Source of the DNA: Gammaproteobacteria bacterium
GTDB taxonomy: Bacteria > Pseudomonadota > Gammaproteobacteria > Eutrophobiales > Eutrophobiaceae
Direction: 5' to 3'
Assembly: GCA_965116495.1 (NCBI GenBank)
Contig: OZ220696.1
Location: 320,001 to 384,000, forward strand
Length of the DNA: 64,000 nucleotides
Shown: piece by piece, positions 9,468-18,924 of the stretch
Layout of the letters: each line of letters opens with the position of its first letter
How positions within the stretch are numbered: position 1 is the stretch's first letter
Notes under the pieces: model-generated
What the model saw: the letters and a program-made list of their open reading frames with translations, nothing else
The model's database searches: none
What the model was told of the DNA's origin: nothing
Translations under genes and position numbers: made by a program

Positions 9468-10946
9468 ATGACATACAAACGCGAGCCGACCCTGACTCCG
9501 GAAGCAATCGCCATCGGTCAACGAATCAAGGGGTTGCGGGACTTCCTCGAGTTACTGGACGAACACGGCCAACTGGCGCGTTGGGAAGAGGAAGTCCTGC
9601 CTGAACCGGACATCCGCAATATCTCCGTGGCCGCGGGCCGCGACGCCATGTACGGGCCGGCGGTGCTGCTCACCAACATCAAGGGCTACCCCGGCAAACA
9701 GGTCGTGGTGGGGGTACACGGCAGTTTCACCAACCTGGCCCTGCTGATGGGTCGTGCCAAGGGTACCTCGGTGAAGGAACTGTTCTACGAAATGGTGAAC
9801 CGCTGGGGCAGTGATGAACCGTTAATCGAGCGGGTACCCCCGACACAGGCGCCGGTGCACACCAACCGGGTTGAGGGGAATATCAATTTGTACGAACTGC
9901 TACCCCTGTACCGTATCAACGAGTATGACGGGGGTTTCTATATCGACAAGGCCAACGTGGTGAGCCGGGACCCGTCGGACCCGGACGACTTCGGTAAACA
10001 GAACGTGGGGATCTACCGCATCCAGGTGCATGGACCGGACCTGTTCAGCCTGGATGCCGTGCCGTCTCACGACATGGGGCAACACATTCGTATTGCCGAG
10101 CGGGAGGGTGCCGACCTGAACATCGCGGCTATGATCGGCAACCATCCTGCCCTGGCGATGTTTGCGGGGACGCCGGTGAACTACGATGAATCGGAGTATG
10201 CGTATGCCTCGCAGATGATGGGTGCGCCGCTGCGGTTGACTACATCCGGCAACGGCCTTGATATCCTGGCCGGCTCGGAGATGGTCATCGAGGCGACGAT
10301 GGTCAACAAGGAGCGTATTCTTGAGGGGCCGTTTGGTGAGTTCCCCGGCACTTACAGCGGTGTGCGCCGTTTGAACGTGTTCCGGGTGACGGCCGTTTCT
10401 TTCCGGGATAATCCCATCTACGAGAGTTTGTACATCGGCAGCAAGAGCTGGACGGAGCACGACACGCTGCTGGGCGTCAACGTATGTGCGACGGTATATA
10501 ACCAGTTGAAACAGAATTTCCCTGAAATCGTCGCCGTTAATGCCTTGTACCAGGACGGGACGACTGCTGTCATCGCGGTGAAGAACCGCTTTGCCGGCTT
10601 TGCCAAATCCGTGGCCCTGCGGGCACTGGGTTCACCTCACGGGCTGATGTTCCTGAAGAACCTCATCATGGTGGATGCCGACATCGACCCGTTTGACCTG
10701 AACCAGGTCATGTGGTCGCTGTCGAACCGCACCCGGGCCGATGACGTTATCGTGTTGCCGAACATGCCGCTCAGCGATGCGGACCCGTCGGCGGAGGTCG
10801 GCGGCAAAGGCCACCGGCTGATTATCGACGCCACCTCCTACATGCCGCCCGATACAATCTCCGTGAACAACAACCTGGTGGAATCACCGGCCGGCCCGGT
10901 TATCGATGAACTGGAAAGGATGATTAATGAGTTGCGAAAAAAGTAA
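9468..10946 (+). CDS. UbiD-family (prFMN-dependent) decarboxylase, hydroxyarylic acid decarboxylase subunit C-like
   Basis: LRDFLELL, RINEYDGGFY, QNVGIYRIQV, EGPFGEFPG and VDADIDPFDLNQVMWSL motifs; start placed at ATG 9468 because the longer ORF start runs through the REP. Confidence 0.92.
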   Translation: MTYKREPTLTPEAIAIGQRIKGLRDFLELLDEHGQLARWEEEVLPEPDIRNISVAAGRDAMYGPAVLLTNIKGYPGKQVVVGVHGSFTNLALLMGRAKGTSVKELFYEMVNRWGSDEPLIERVPPTQAPVHTNRVEGNINLYELLPLYRINEYDGGFYIDKANVVSRDPSDPDDFGKQNVGIYRIQVHGPDLFSLDAVPSHDMGQHIRIAEREGADLNIAAMIGNHPALAMFAGTPVNYDESEYAYASQMMGAPLRLTTSGNGLDILAGSEMVIEATMVNKERILEGPFGEFPGTYSGVRRLNVFRVTAVSFRDNPIYESLYIGSKSWTEHDTLLGVNVCATVYNQLKQNFPEIVAVNALYQDGTTAVIAVKNRFAGFAKSVALRALGSPHGLMFLKNLIMVDADIDPFDLNQVMWSLSNRTRADDVIVLPNMPLSDADPSAEVGGKGHRLIIDATSYMPPDTISVNNNLVESPAGPVIDELERMINELRKK

Positions 10947-10982
10947 CGCTACAATGAATTCTACGGCGGTTATCCGGTCGAT

Positions 10983-11927
10983 TTATAAAAACACGACTTC
11001 GGGAAGAGAAGCAGATACGATGTAATTTGGCTTGTCGACGATCTCGTTAATTTTCAGATCCACGCAGACGGAGCAGAGCACATAGGCTTGCTCCCTGGTC
11101 AGACCCCGTTCCCGCTCCAGGTGATCTATCATATAGCGCACCGCCTGCTGGGCGTTTTCATACAGGTTCGGACCGTTGGCGGTAGTGACAAAGAAAGATC
11201 CGGTATTGGTATTGGTACAAAGGGGGCCGTCAGTCCTGAAATGAGGTTCCGGGATCCTGTTGCCTGGTTCGAGGTCAATCCTGAGCGTTACCTTTGCCGA
11301 CATTTCAATAGCCGTGATGCAGACTTCCCCATCGCCCTGTGCCGCATGGGCGTCGCCCACACTGAACAGCGCTCCCTCGACGGAAACGGGCAAATACAAC
11401 GTGGCGCCCTTGCACAGGTGGCGGATATCCATATTGCCGCCGTTATCGCGGGGCGGGATGGTGCTGTGTTCACCCGGTTCCGGCAGCGCCGTACCCATGA
11501 TGCCGGGGAAGGGGGCAACGGGGATGGCGATATCGTCACGGTGTTTCATGCGGGCCAGGTTGCCGTCGGTTAAATCCCAGATCTGCAGGAACTCATCGGG
11601 AAATTCCTCTACCGGCAACAGGCCGCGAGCAGGCCGGATGGCGGTCCAGCCAAAACCCAGCCTGGGAACGACTTCCAGGACGTGTACGACAAGTGTGTCG
11701 CCGGGTTCGGCGCCGTTAACAAAAACGGGACCGGTCAGGGGGTGGCCGGTCAGCGGGCCTTTTGCCTTGACATCTGCGCCGGTTGAATCGGCGGAATAGT
11801 AATAGTCCGCGGCATCGCGGGTGGTAAAGATGACCGTGTCACCGGGTTCGATGGTCAGGCGGGGCGTGTGGGAGTTGTCCCAGGCATAATTCACCACGTT
11901 ATCGTCGAGTTCGTGGGTGGCAGTCAT
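10983..11927 (-). CDS. Acetamidase/formamidase family protein
   Basis: HPLTGPVFVNGAEPGD, GGNMD and FSVGDAHAAQGDGEV motifs. Confidence 0.93.
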   Translation of the reverse strand: MTATHELDDNVVNYAWDNSHTPRLTIEPGDTVIFTTRDAADYYYSADSTGADVKAKGPLTGHPLTGPVFVNGAEPGDTLVVHVLEVVPRLGFGWTAIRPARGLLPVEEFPDEFLQIWDLTDGNLARMKHRDDIAIPVAPFPGIMGTALPEPGEHSTIPPRDNGGNMDIRHLCKGATLYLPVSVEGALFSVGDAHAAQGDGEVCITAIEMSAKVTLRIDLEPGNRIPEPHFRTDGPLCTNTNTGSFFVTTANGPNLYENAQQAVRYMIDHLERERGLTREQAYVLCSVCVDLKINEIVDKPNYIVSASLPEVVFL

Positions 11928-11936
11928 GGGAGGCCG

Positions 11937-12782
11937 TTATTTCAGTTGGGGCCAGATGACCCATCCGGAAGCGGAACGCCAGGCGTAACTGTCGCAATAA
12001 CCCAGTACGTCGGCGGGTCCCCTGGTTGAGGCGAGCACCACGAACCAGGCGATAAGCTCTGCCGTGCCGCCCGAACCGGCTTCTTCCATGCGCTCCAGCG
12101 TGCATTTCTCCATTAACTTGCGGTGGTCGCCCTCGGCGAGACAATCCAGGAACATGCGGTCGAATTCTTCATCGATATAGAAATAGCGAGGCCCGCCCGG
12201 CTCATGGGACAGGCCGCCGGAACCGATCAATGCGATGCGTTCATCCCCCGGATAACTGTTGAGCACGTCGCGGATGATGTGTCCCACCTGGTAGGCCCGC
12301 TCCGGCGTCGGGATAGGGGGCACGGTACAGTTCATGGTAATGGGGATGATCGGAATACTCATATCAGGGTTGAGATACTTGGTCGGCGTGGATATCCCGT
12401 CGTCAAACTGCATGTCTTCCTGGATGTAGGCCAGTTGTAAACCGTGCCTGGCCGCTTCGTTCACGATGTAACGGGCCAGTTTTGAGTTACCCGGCACATG
12501 GTATTTTTCATCCTGCGCCAACCAGGGTTGGTACCAGTCGGCCGGGCCGCTGTGGTGCCCGGCGATACCGACCGTGTATTCGGGGGTGTTGCTCAGCGGC
12601 CAGTTGAGCAGGTGATCGTTGGCGAAAATGATCAATACATCGGGTTTAGCCGCGTTGAGGTGCTCGCGCATTTTTTTGAATGAATCCAGCGCGGTCTGTT
12701 GCTGATGTTCCGGTGCATCGTCAAACCAGCCCAGCAGACCCGGTGTGTGGGTCGAGGCTACTGCGGCAACGATCTCAGCCAT
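11937..12782 (-). CDS. Class III extradiol ring-cleavage dioxygenase, LigB-type beta subunit
   Basis: STHTPG, NDH, SGGLSHEPGG and GTAE motifs, matching the LigB Fe ligand and catalytic His pattern. Confidence 0.9.
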   Translation of the reverse strand: MAEIVAAVASTHTPGLLGWFDDAPEHQQQTALDSFKKMREHLNAAKPDVLIIFANDHLLNWPLSNTPEYTVGIAGHHSGPADWYQPWLAQDEKYHVPGNSKLARYIVNEAARHGLQLAYIQEDMQFDDGISTPTKYLNPDMSIPIIPITMNCTVPPIPTPERAYQVGHIIRDVLNSYPGDERIALIGSGGLSHEPGGPRYFYIDEEFDRMFLDCLAEGDHRKLMEKCTLERMEEAGSGGTAELIAWFVVLASTRGPADVLGYCDSYAWRSASGWVIWPQLK

Positions 12783-13131
12783 CGCCCTTGTCCTGCATCA
12801 TGTCCCACTTGGAATCACCAAGGGACTCTTTTGATTCCTTCGGGAAGGCCTTCTGGTAGATGGCGACGGCCGGGTGGGCATTGGTCATGTTGCCGACCCC
12901 GTAGGTGAGGCGCATGATGTGCGGAACCAGGTACTGGTGTACGCCCAGGTCCATTAACCGTTTCGGATCGGTATCCCGCAGCGCCTCGTATTCTTCCCGG
13001 CTGCAACCGAATTCCCTGGTCAGACTCTCCAGGTCTTCCAGCCAGCGTTTTTGCAGGGCCGGGTCCTTGCGCACGTAATAGATCATATCGTTAGTGGGCA
13101 GGGTTTTGTCGACTCGAAGAACGTTGCTCAT
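12775..13131 (-). CDS. LigA-like small (alpha) subunit of the extradiol dioxygenase
   Basis: 118 aa from ATG 13131; SREEYEAL...DPKRLMDLGVHQYL resembles LigA; overlaps the LigB start. Confidence 0.7.
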   Translation of the reverse strand: MSNVLRVDKTLPTNDMIYYVRKDPALQKRWLEDLESLTREFGCSREEYEALRDTDPKRLMDLGVHQYLVPHIMRLTYGVGNMTNAHPAVAIYQKAFPKESKESLGDSKWDMMQDKGDG

Positions 13132-13303
13132 TTTCGGGCCTGCTTTCTTTTGATCTGATGTAAATCGAATACCTGGGCATGGGTGATTTCGCTCGTGTGT
13201 GCTGCGTCTGTGCCTGCCATGCCTTGTGCCTCTGTTCTTTTGCTGATCCGTATATACTAATGTGTACGCGCCGGTAATCATAGTGCGGCGCCGGGTTTTC
13301 CCT

Positions 13304-15028
13304 TCAGTATGTATAAGTGGTATAGGGAGCGCCGTAATCCGGCAGTATCACACCGTTTTCTCGCGCATAGATTTCCCACTCCTGCACCAGTTCTTCCAGT
13401 TTGTCCGGTTGATCGTCTGAGAGATCATTCAGTTCCCCGGGATCTTCCTTAATATTGTAAAGACGCCATTTATCAACCGGAATGTCCGTTTCCCTGGGTT
13501 CCCAGGGTATTCCTACCGGTTCCCATACGATTTTCCAGTCGCCTTTTCGGATGGCCCGGCGGCCGAACAGTTCCCAGCCCATCACGTAGTCCTGGTTGTG
13601 GGTGGTTATCCGTTCTCCCTTTAGCATTGAAAGCATGGAAGCGCCCTGCAACGGCAAAACTTCGCGTCCGTTGAAGGTGGGGCCCGGATGATCAACGCCG
13701 GCCAATTCCAGGATCGTAGGCAGCACATCCTTTACGGTCACGAATTCACCGATCGTCGCGCCTTTCTGAAGCTGTTGCGGAAAATGGACGATTGCCGGTA
13801 CACGGATCCCGCCTTCCGTGGTGAATTGTTTATACATCCGGTAACCTCCGCTACTGGCCCAGGTCCAGTTCGGGCCGTACCAGGTATAGGAATCACCGTT
13901 CCCCAGGTTTTCCAGACTGTTGTCGCAGCATTGCTCAGCCCACTGCTCCAGCGCCTCCCAGCCGATATCCAGGTGCGCTCCCTCGGCGCCGTTGTCGGAC
14001 ATGAAGAAAATCAACGTGTTTTCAAATTGCCCCGAAGACTTCAGATAATCGATTACCTCACCGGTATACCTGTCCATGTCGTCAACCATCGCGGCAAAAA
14101 TTTCCATCTTTCTCGCTTCAAGCTGTTTCTCCTCATCCGGCAAATCCTGCCAGGTCGGTTCTGTCTCTAACCTGTCGAACGGTACCGCATCCTGTTCAAT
14201 CAACCCCAGTTTCTTCAAGTTTTCAAAGCGCCTGCCTTGCAGTACGTCCCATCCCGCATCGTACCGGCCGGCATAGTTCTCGACAGATTCCCTCGGCGCC
14301 TGCAACGGCCAGTGAGGGGCGGTAAACGCAAGATAGGCAAAAAAAGGCCGTCCATCCTCATCATTACTTTTAAGGTATTCGATCAGCTTGCGGGCATAGA
14401 AGCGGCTCGAATAGAAGTCGTCGGGAATCCCGGCAGGGTTACCGTCTTCCCTGTAGATTGACGGGTTGAGGCCAATCAACGGCAGGCCTCCGAGATGCGC
14501 CGCGCCGCCCTGTGCCAGGTCAAACGAGCGCTCAAACCCCCGGGCATGCGGGCTCGTATCCCCTGTCAATCCCAGGTGCCATTTGCCCGTCATATAGGTG
14601 TGGTATCCGGCATCGCGCATGATTTCCGCCACCGAAGCCACGCGAAAATTGAGGTACCCTTCATAACCGGGATGACCAACCTGGTTTGCTCTCAGTTCTT
14701 CATACATATGACCCAGGCCTGCCAGGTGATTGTCAGTGCCGGAGAGCAGCATGGAACGCGTGGGCGAACAGGTGGGCGCGGAATAAAACTGCGTGAGCAG
14801 GATCCCGTCACGGCCGAGGGCGTCCAGGTTCGGTGTGTTAATTTCACCTCCGAATACCCCGAGATCGGAATATCCCAGGTCGTCCGCAACGATTAGCAGC
14901 ACGTTGGGTCGATCAGTCTGATGCGACATCTGGCTGCGTTTCGACCCTTGAGCACTGCCGGTATCCGAGTTGCAGGAACACAGGTTTGGAAGAGCAAGGA
15001 TGATGGTCAATATGAGGGAATGTCGCAT
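13304..15028 (-). CDS. Arylsulfatase (Cys-type, formylglycine-dependent), probably exported
   Basis: RPNVLLIVADDLG, CSPTRSMLLSG (CxPxR) and GKWHLG motifs; signal-like N-terminus with Cys. Confidence 0.95.
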   Translation of the reverse strand: MRHSLILTIILALPNLCSCNSDTGSAQGSKRSQMSHQTDRPNVLLIVADDLGYSDLGVFGGEINTPNLDALGRDGILLTQFYSAPTCSPTRSMLLSGTDNHLAGLGHMYEELRANQVGHPGYEGYLNFRVASVAEIMRDAGYHTYMTGKWHLGLTGDTSPHARGFERSFDLAQGGAAHLGGLPLIGLNPSIYREDGNPAGIPDDFYSSRFYARKLIEYLKSNDEDGRPFFAYLAFTAPHWPLQAPRESVENYAGRYDAGWDVLQGRRFENLKKLGLIEQDAVPFDRLETEPTWQDLPDEEKQLEARKMEIFAAMVDDMDRYTGEVIDYLKSSGQFENTLIFFMSDNGAEGAHLDIGWEALEQWAEQCCDNSLENLGNGDSYTWYGPNWTWASSGGYRMYKQFTTEGGIRVPAIVHFPQQLQKGATIGEFVTVKDVLPTILELAGVDHPGPTFNGREVLPLQGASMLSMLKGERITTHNQDYVMGWELFGRRAIRKGDWKIVWEPVGIPWEPRETDIPVDKWRLYNIKEDPGELNDLSDDQPDKLEELVQEWEIYARENGVILPDYGAPYTTYTY

Positions 15029-15155
15029 GGCTGGATGAGCGATTCAGTTTAAAATTGTTATTGTGCGCAATATTATTTATAATCACAACTCATCATCGCT
15101 ATGCTCGATTGCTTCTTGATCCTGTAACAGTCAATAAAAAAGTGGGACAAATATC

Positions 15156-17474
15156 ATGCTACGTACTATCCATTCACGAAATCATAGGAATTTCCCGGGT
15201 TACTTTCCGGCATTATTGTTAACCGTTGTATTTTCCGTTCCTGCCACCTTGCCGGCACAGGTCATTGAAGAGGTCGTGGTGACCGCGCAAAAACGTGAGG
15301 AATCCCTGCAGGATGTACCTATCTCCGTAGTGGCGTTTACCGGTGATTCTCTGAATGAACTTGGTGTACAGAACTCACAGGATGTAATGCAGCTTGTTCC
15401 AAATGCAGGTCTTCAAGGTCAGGGGGGGTCCAAGTACAACTACTTCATTCGAGGGGTTGGGACCGCAGATTTCCACATTAATTCCGTGGGCGCGGTAGGT
15501 GTCTACCTTGATGACATCGCACTGAATGCGCCAAATGCCGTTACATTCAGTGCCTTCGACCTGGACCGGGTAGAAGTGATGCGCGGTCCGCAAAACACCT
15601 TGTTTGGCCGTAATACCACAGGTGGCGCGGTGAACTATCTCAGCCGCAAACCTGATGTTGATGCGGGCCTGAACGGGTACCTGCGAGGCGGGTATGGACG
15701 CCATGATCAATTCGATATGGAAGGCGCCATAGGCGTCCCTCTTGGAGAAAATGCCGCAGCGAGGGTATCGTTCGTGAGCAATATTCGTGATGGGGTGTAC
15801 GAGAATCCCACGCTCGGAAAGGATGAGGGAAGTTATTCCCGCCAGGCGGGCCGCGGCCAGTTACTTTTCAGGCCAGACGACGATTTGGAAATTCTGTTTA
15901 ACTTCCACGGCGGGGTGGCCCGGGATAACCCTACGCCGTACAAATCCGTAGGGCTTCAGGACCCGAACGATCCCTCAGCCCGTTGCGCGGTGCCTGAATC
16001 TGACCTGATTCCGCAGAATAATCCCAACTGTGTCGACTCATCGGGATTCAGCCACCAGTTTGACGACTGGGATACCGCCTATGGGAACATGGAGTTCAAG
16101 GAAGACGTTGACTTGTGGGGAACATCACTTAAGGCATCCTGGGATACCGGACCGATGACACTGACATCGGTCACTGCTTATGACTCATTCGAAGTGCAAT
16201 ACAGGGAAGATGCTGATGGAGCTCCCTCAACGATGTTTAATTTTTACCAGCAGGGTGATTACGAGCAATGGTCCCAGGAATTGCGTTTGCAATCGGATGA
16301 TGACCGAAAATTGCGCTGGATTCTGGGTTTTTACTACTTTCATGAAGATGCAAGGTATTCGACGGCGTTACGTATAAACTGGGCCATCCTGGCTCCGGGC
16401 AATTTTAACGTACTTCCCAATACCCAGGTTAACCAGGACAACGAGGTGTATTCGGGATATGGTCAACTGGAATTTGACCTGCAGGATAACCTGACGGCGA
16501 CGGTTGGCTTCCGCTGGACCAATGAAACCAAGGACGGTTCCAATACCGGCTCCATCAGGTGTTCAGGGGTGGGTGGTCCGCCATTTTGCCCCCAACTCAG
16601 CGCACATGCGTTCCTGGGGTATGACCTGATTCCCACACTGCCCGGGGTATTCTTTCCACCTACGGAAACCTTCGGGGCGGAGTACGAAGAATGGGGTGCG
16701 CGTTTTGCGCTGGACTGGCAGGCAAGCGATGATTTGCTTGTATACGGAAGTATTTCCCGTGGCTTCAAGGGCGGTGGTTTCGCCCTTGCTCCTTTAGCGC
16801 TCTGGACGGGTACTGCTACGGACAGCGTAGATCCGGAAGTCTTATTGGCTTACGAGATAGGTTTCAAGTCCACTTTGATGGACGGTGCACTACAACTTAA
16901 CGCGGCGGGATTTTATTACGATTGGAAAGATCTGATATCTTTTCAACCATTCGATGGGCTTGTCCGGCTTCTGAATGTTGCGGAGAGCAGTAATATCGGT
17001 GGGGAGGTTGAGGTGCAATGGGCGCCGGCAGAAGGGTTGTACATCTCAGCGGGTATAGGCATCAGCGATGCTGAAATTGACGATCCCGGCGGGGTTGACA
17101 ACGTTTTTAAGGGTAATGCTCTACCCAACGCTCCTGACCTGACATTCAATGGTTTGGTCAGGAAGGAGTTTCAAATTGGCGATGGTATGCTCGCGTTACA
17201 GACCAATTGGCGCTACAAGGATGACGTAACCTATGACCTGACTAACGCCGCCCACCTCAGTCAGGATGGTTGGTGGAACCTGGATGCACGCGGATCATAC
17301 GCATTCGGACCGGGTCAACAGTACGAAATTGCCGTCTGGGGCAAGAATTTGACCGGCCAGGAATATTGTACCGGACTGGTCAGCCTCAAGAATGCGGCTG
17401 CAGAATCTTTCGTATGTTATGGGAATTATTCAGACCCGACCTATGGAATCACGGCCAGCTACAGCTTTGATTAA
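15156..17474 (+). CDS. TonB-dependent receptor
   Basis: EEVVVTAQKREESLQDVP and DRVEVMRGPQNTLFGRNTTGGAVN motifs. Confidence 0.95.
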   Translation: MLRTIHSRNHRNFPGYFPALLLTVVFSVPATLPAQVIEEVVVTAQKREESLQDVPISVVAFTGDSLNELGVQNSQDVMQLVPNAGLQGQGGSKYNYFIRGVGTADFHINSVGAVGVYLDDIALNAPNAVTFSAFDLDRVEVMRGPQNTLFGRNTTGGAVNYLSRKPDVDAGLNGYLRGGYGRHDQFDMEGAIGVPLGENAAARVSFVSNIRDGVYENPTLGKDEGSYSRQAGRGQLLFRPDDDLEILFNFHGGVARDNPTPYKSVGLQDPNDPSARCAVPESDLIPQNNPNCVDSSGFSHQFDDWDTAYGNMEFKEDVDLWGTSLKASWDTGPMTLTSVTAYDSFEVQYREDADGAPSTMFNFYQQGDYEQWSQELRLQSDDDRKLRWILGFYYFHEDARYSTALRINWAILAPGNFNVLPNTQVNQDNEVYSGYGQLEFDLQDNLTATVGFRWTNETKDGSNTGSIRCSGVGGPPFCPQLSAHAFLGYDLIPTLPGVFFPPTETFGAEYEEWGARFALDWQASDDLLVYGSISRGFKGGGFALAPLALWTGTATDSVDPEVLLAYEIGFKSTLMDGALQLNAAGFYYDWKDLISFQPFDGLVRLLNVAESSNIGGEVEVQWAPAEGLYISAGIGISDAEIDDPGGVDNVFKGNALPNAPDLTFNGLVRKEFQIGDGMLALQTNWRYKDDVTYDLTNAAHLSQDGWWNLDARGSYAFGPGQQYEIAVWGKNLTGQEYCTGLVSLKNAAAESFVCYGNYSDPTYGITASYSFD

Positions 17475-17527
17475 GACATATTCCGGACGGTTGCACACCT
17501 GATTGAAGGGGCGTTTCAGTTCATTAA

Positions 17528-17563
17528 GCCGGCAGTCGGATCGCGCTCACGAGGATTGCCGGC
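17528..17563 (+). terminator. Hairpin downstream of the TBDR (possible terminator or processing site)
   Basis: gccggcagtc...gattgccggc inverted repeat; no clear U tract. Confidence 0.3.
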
Positions 17564-17678
17564 ACTGAGCCGTTGTATCCAGTTGTATCAGATCTTAATT
17601 CCCATTACAGTGAAGAGGTTTGGGTATTAATGCCTTCGTGGCAGCGAAACCCAGCAATTTTATGTAGCCGGATCTGAA

Positions 17679-18806
17679 ATGAAGAAATCGCATCAACTGA
17701 TGATCCTCATCGGCGCCATCTGTGCGTATAACCTGTCATCTTTCAGTTGGTGGGCCCAACCTCAAATCGTCCATACCCTGATAGACAAGCTCGGATTGTC
17801 CGATTCCAGGGCCGGCCAGGTAGTCTCAATAGAATTACTGGCAATAGCTGTAACCGCATTTGTTATTTCCCCATGGATATCGAAATTCCATGTCAAAAAA
17901 GTCTGCTATTCGGCCGGGATCATCGCAATTGCCGGGCATTTTATGTCGGCATCGACTCAATCAATTGAGCTATTGTTTTCTGCCCGGCTGGTATCAGGCA
18001 TAGCTGAGGGATTGATACTCGCTTTTGCCAACGCTGCGCTTGCTTCCACCAGCAACCCCGACCGTTCCTACGCGTTGCTCAATACCTGGAATGTCGCCTC
18101 GGGTGTGGTGTTATTGACGGTAATGCCGGTCCTGGAGCAGAAATACGGCATCGCAGCCGTCTTTGGGCTCATCGGTATTGCCTGTTTGTTGATGATGCCG
18201 CTGTTCAAGCATTTACCCGTGAAAATAGCAGTCGTACAACAAATCAAAATCTCCCGGGACAGGATAACAACATCTATAGTCATGTTGTTATCCCTGCTGG
18301 TGTGGGGCACGGCATCAGCAATGGTCTGGGCGTTTTATATTTCCATAGGCGCACTCACTACACTGGAGACCTCGACGGTAGGATTAATAGTGGCAGTTGC
18401 TGCGCTCGGGGGTCTGGTGGGAGGTACTTTAGCGGTATACGTCAGTAGCAACCATGGACGTTACCTGCCTTTCTATATAGCGCTGCTGATACATACGGTT
18501 ATTGCGATGGCGCTTACACACGTGTTTTATAACTGGGTTTTCATTTTGACCGCGCCTGCAGCATTGGCCTGTGTTTATTTTATCCTGCCGCTCTACCTGG
18601 GGATGGCGGCTGAACACGATCCCAACGGCGGGTTGCCGGCAGCGATGGCTGCAGTGTTCCTGTTGACCGGCGGGACAGGACCGTTGCTTGGCGGCTACCT
18701 GGTGGAATACGGGGGTGTCCAATTTATCGGATGGGCCATATTAACCGGTTGTATCTTTGCCGCACTATGTAATAAATGGCTGATTCAGAGGCTGTCGAAA
18801 ACGTAG
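17679..18806 (+). CDS. MFS transporter
   Basis: 375 aa, about 12 hydrophobic segments, ARLVSGIAEG motif. Confidence 0.85.
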   Translation: MKKSHQLMILIGAICAYNLSSFSWWAQPQIVHTLIDKLGLSDSRAGQVVSIELLAIAVTAFVISPWISKFHVKKVCYSAGIIAIAGHFMSASTQSIELLFSARLVSGIAEGLILAFANAALASTSNPDRSYALLNTWNVASGVVLLTVMPVLEQKYGIAAVFGLIGIACLLMMPLFKHLPVKIAVVQQIKISRDRITTSIVMLLSLLVWGTASAMVWAFYISIGALTTLETSTVGLIVAVAALGGLVGGTLAVYVSSNHGRYLPFYIALLIHTVIAMALTHVFYNWVFILTAPAALACVYFILPLYLGMAAEHDPNGGLPAAMAAVFLLTGGTGPLLGGYLVEYGGVQFIGWAILTGCIFAALCNKWLIQRLSKT

Positions 18807-18871
18807 AAAGGTTTGCCCAAGCCTCTGCCTCTCCCGGTTTCGCCGTATCTGCACGGCGTTTTTCGAGAAAA

Positions 18872-18923
18872 GGGGACGGATTTAAAATCCGTCCCCGGAG
18901 AATTTGCGTCCCCGGAGAATTTG
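18872..18923. repeat. REP-like palindrome overlapping a 17-bp tandem duplication
   Basis: ggggacggattt-a-aaatccgtcccc (18872-18896); cgtccccggagaatttg twice (18890-18906, 18907-18923). Confidence 0.8.
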
Positions 18924-18924
18924 A

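Noticed and set aside
18872-18923. Possible CRISPR mini-array
   Set aside because: Only two abutting 17-mers with no spacers, and no cas genes in the window
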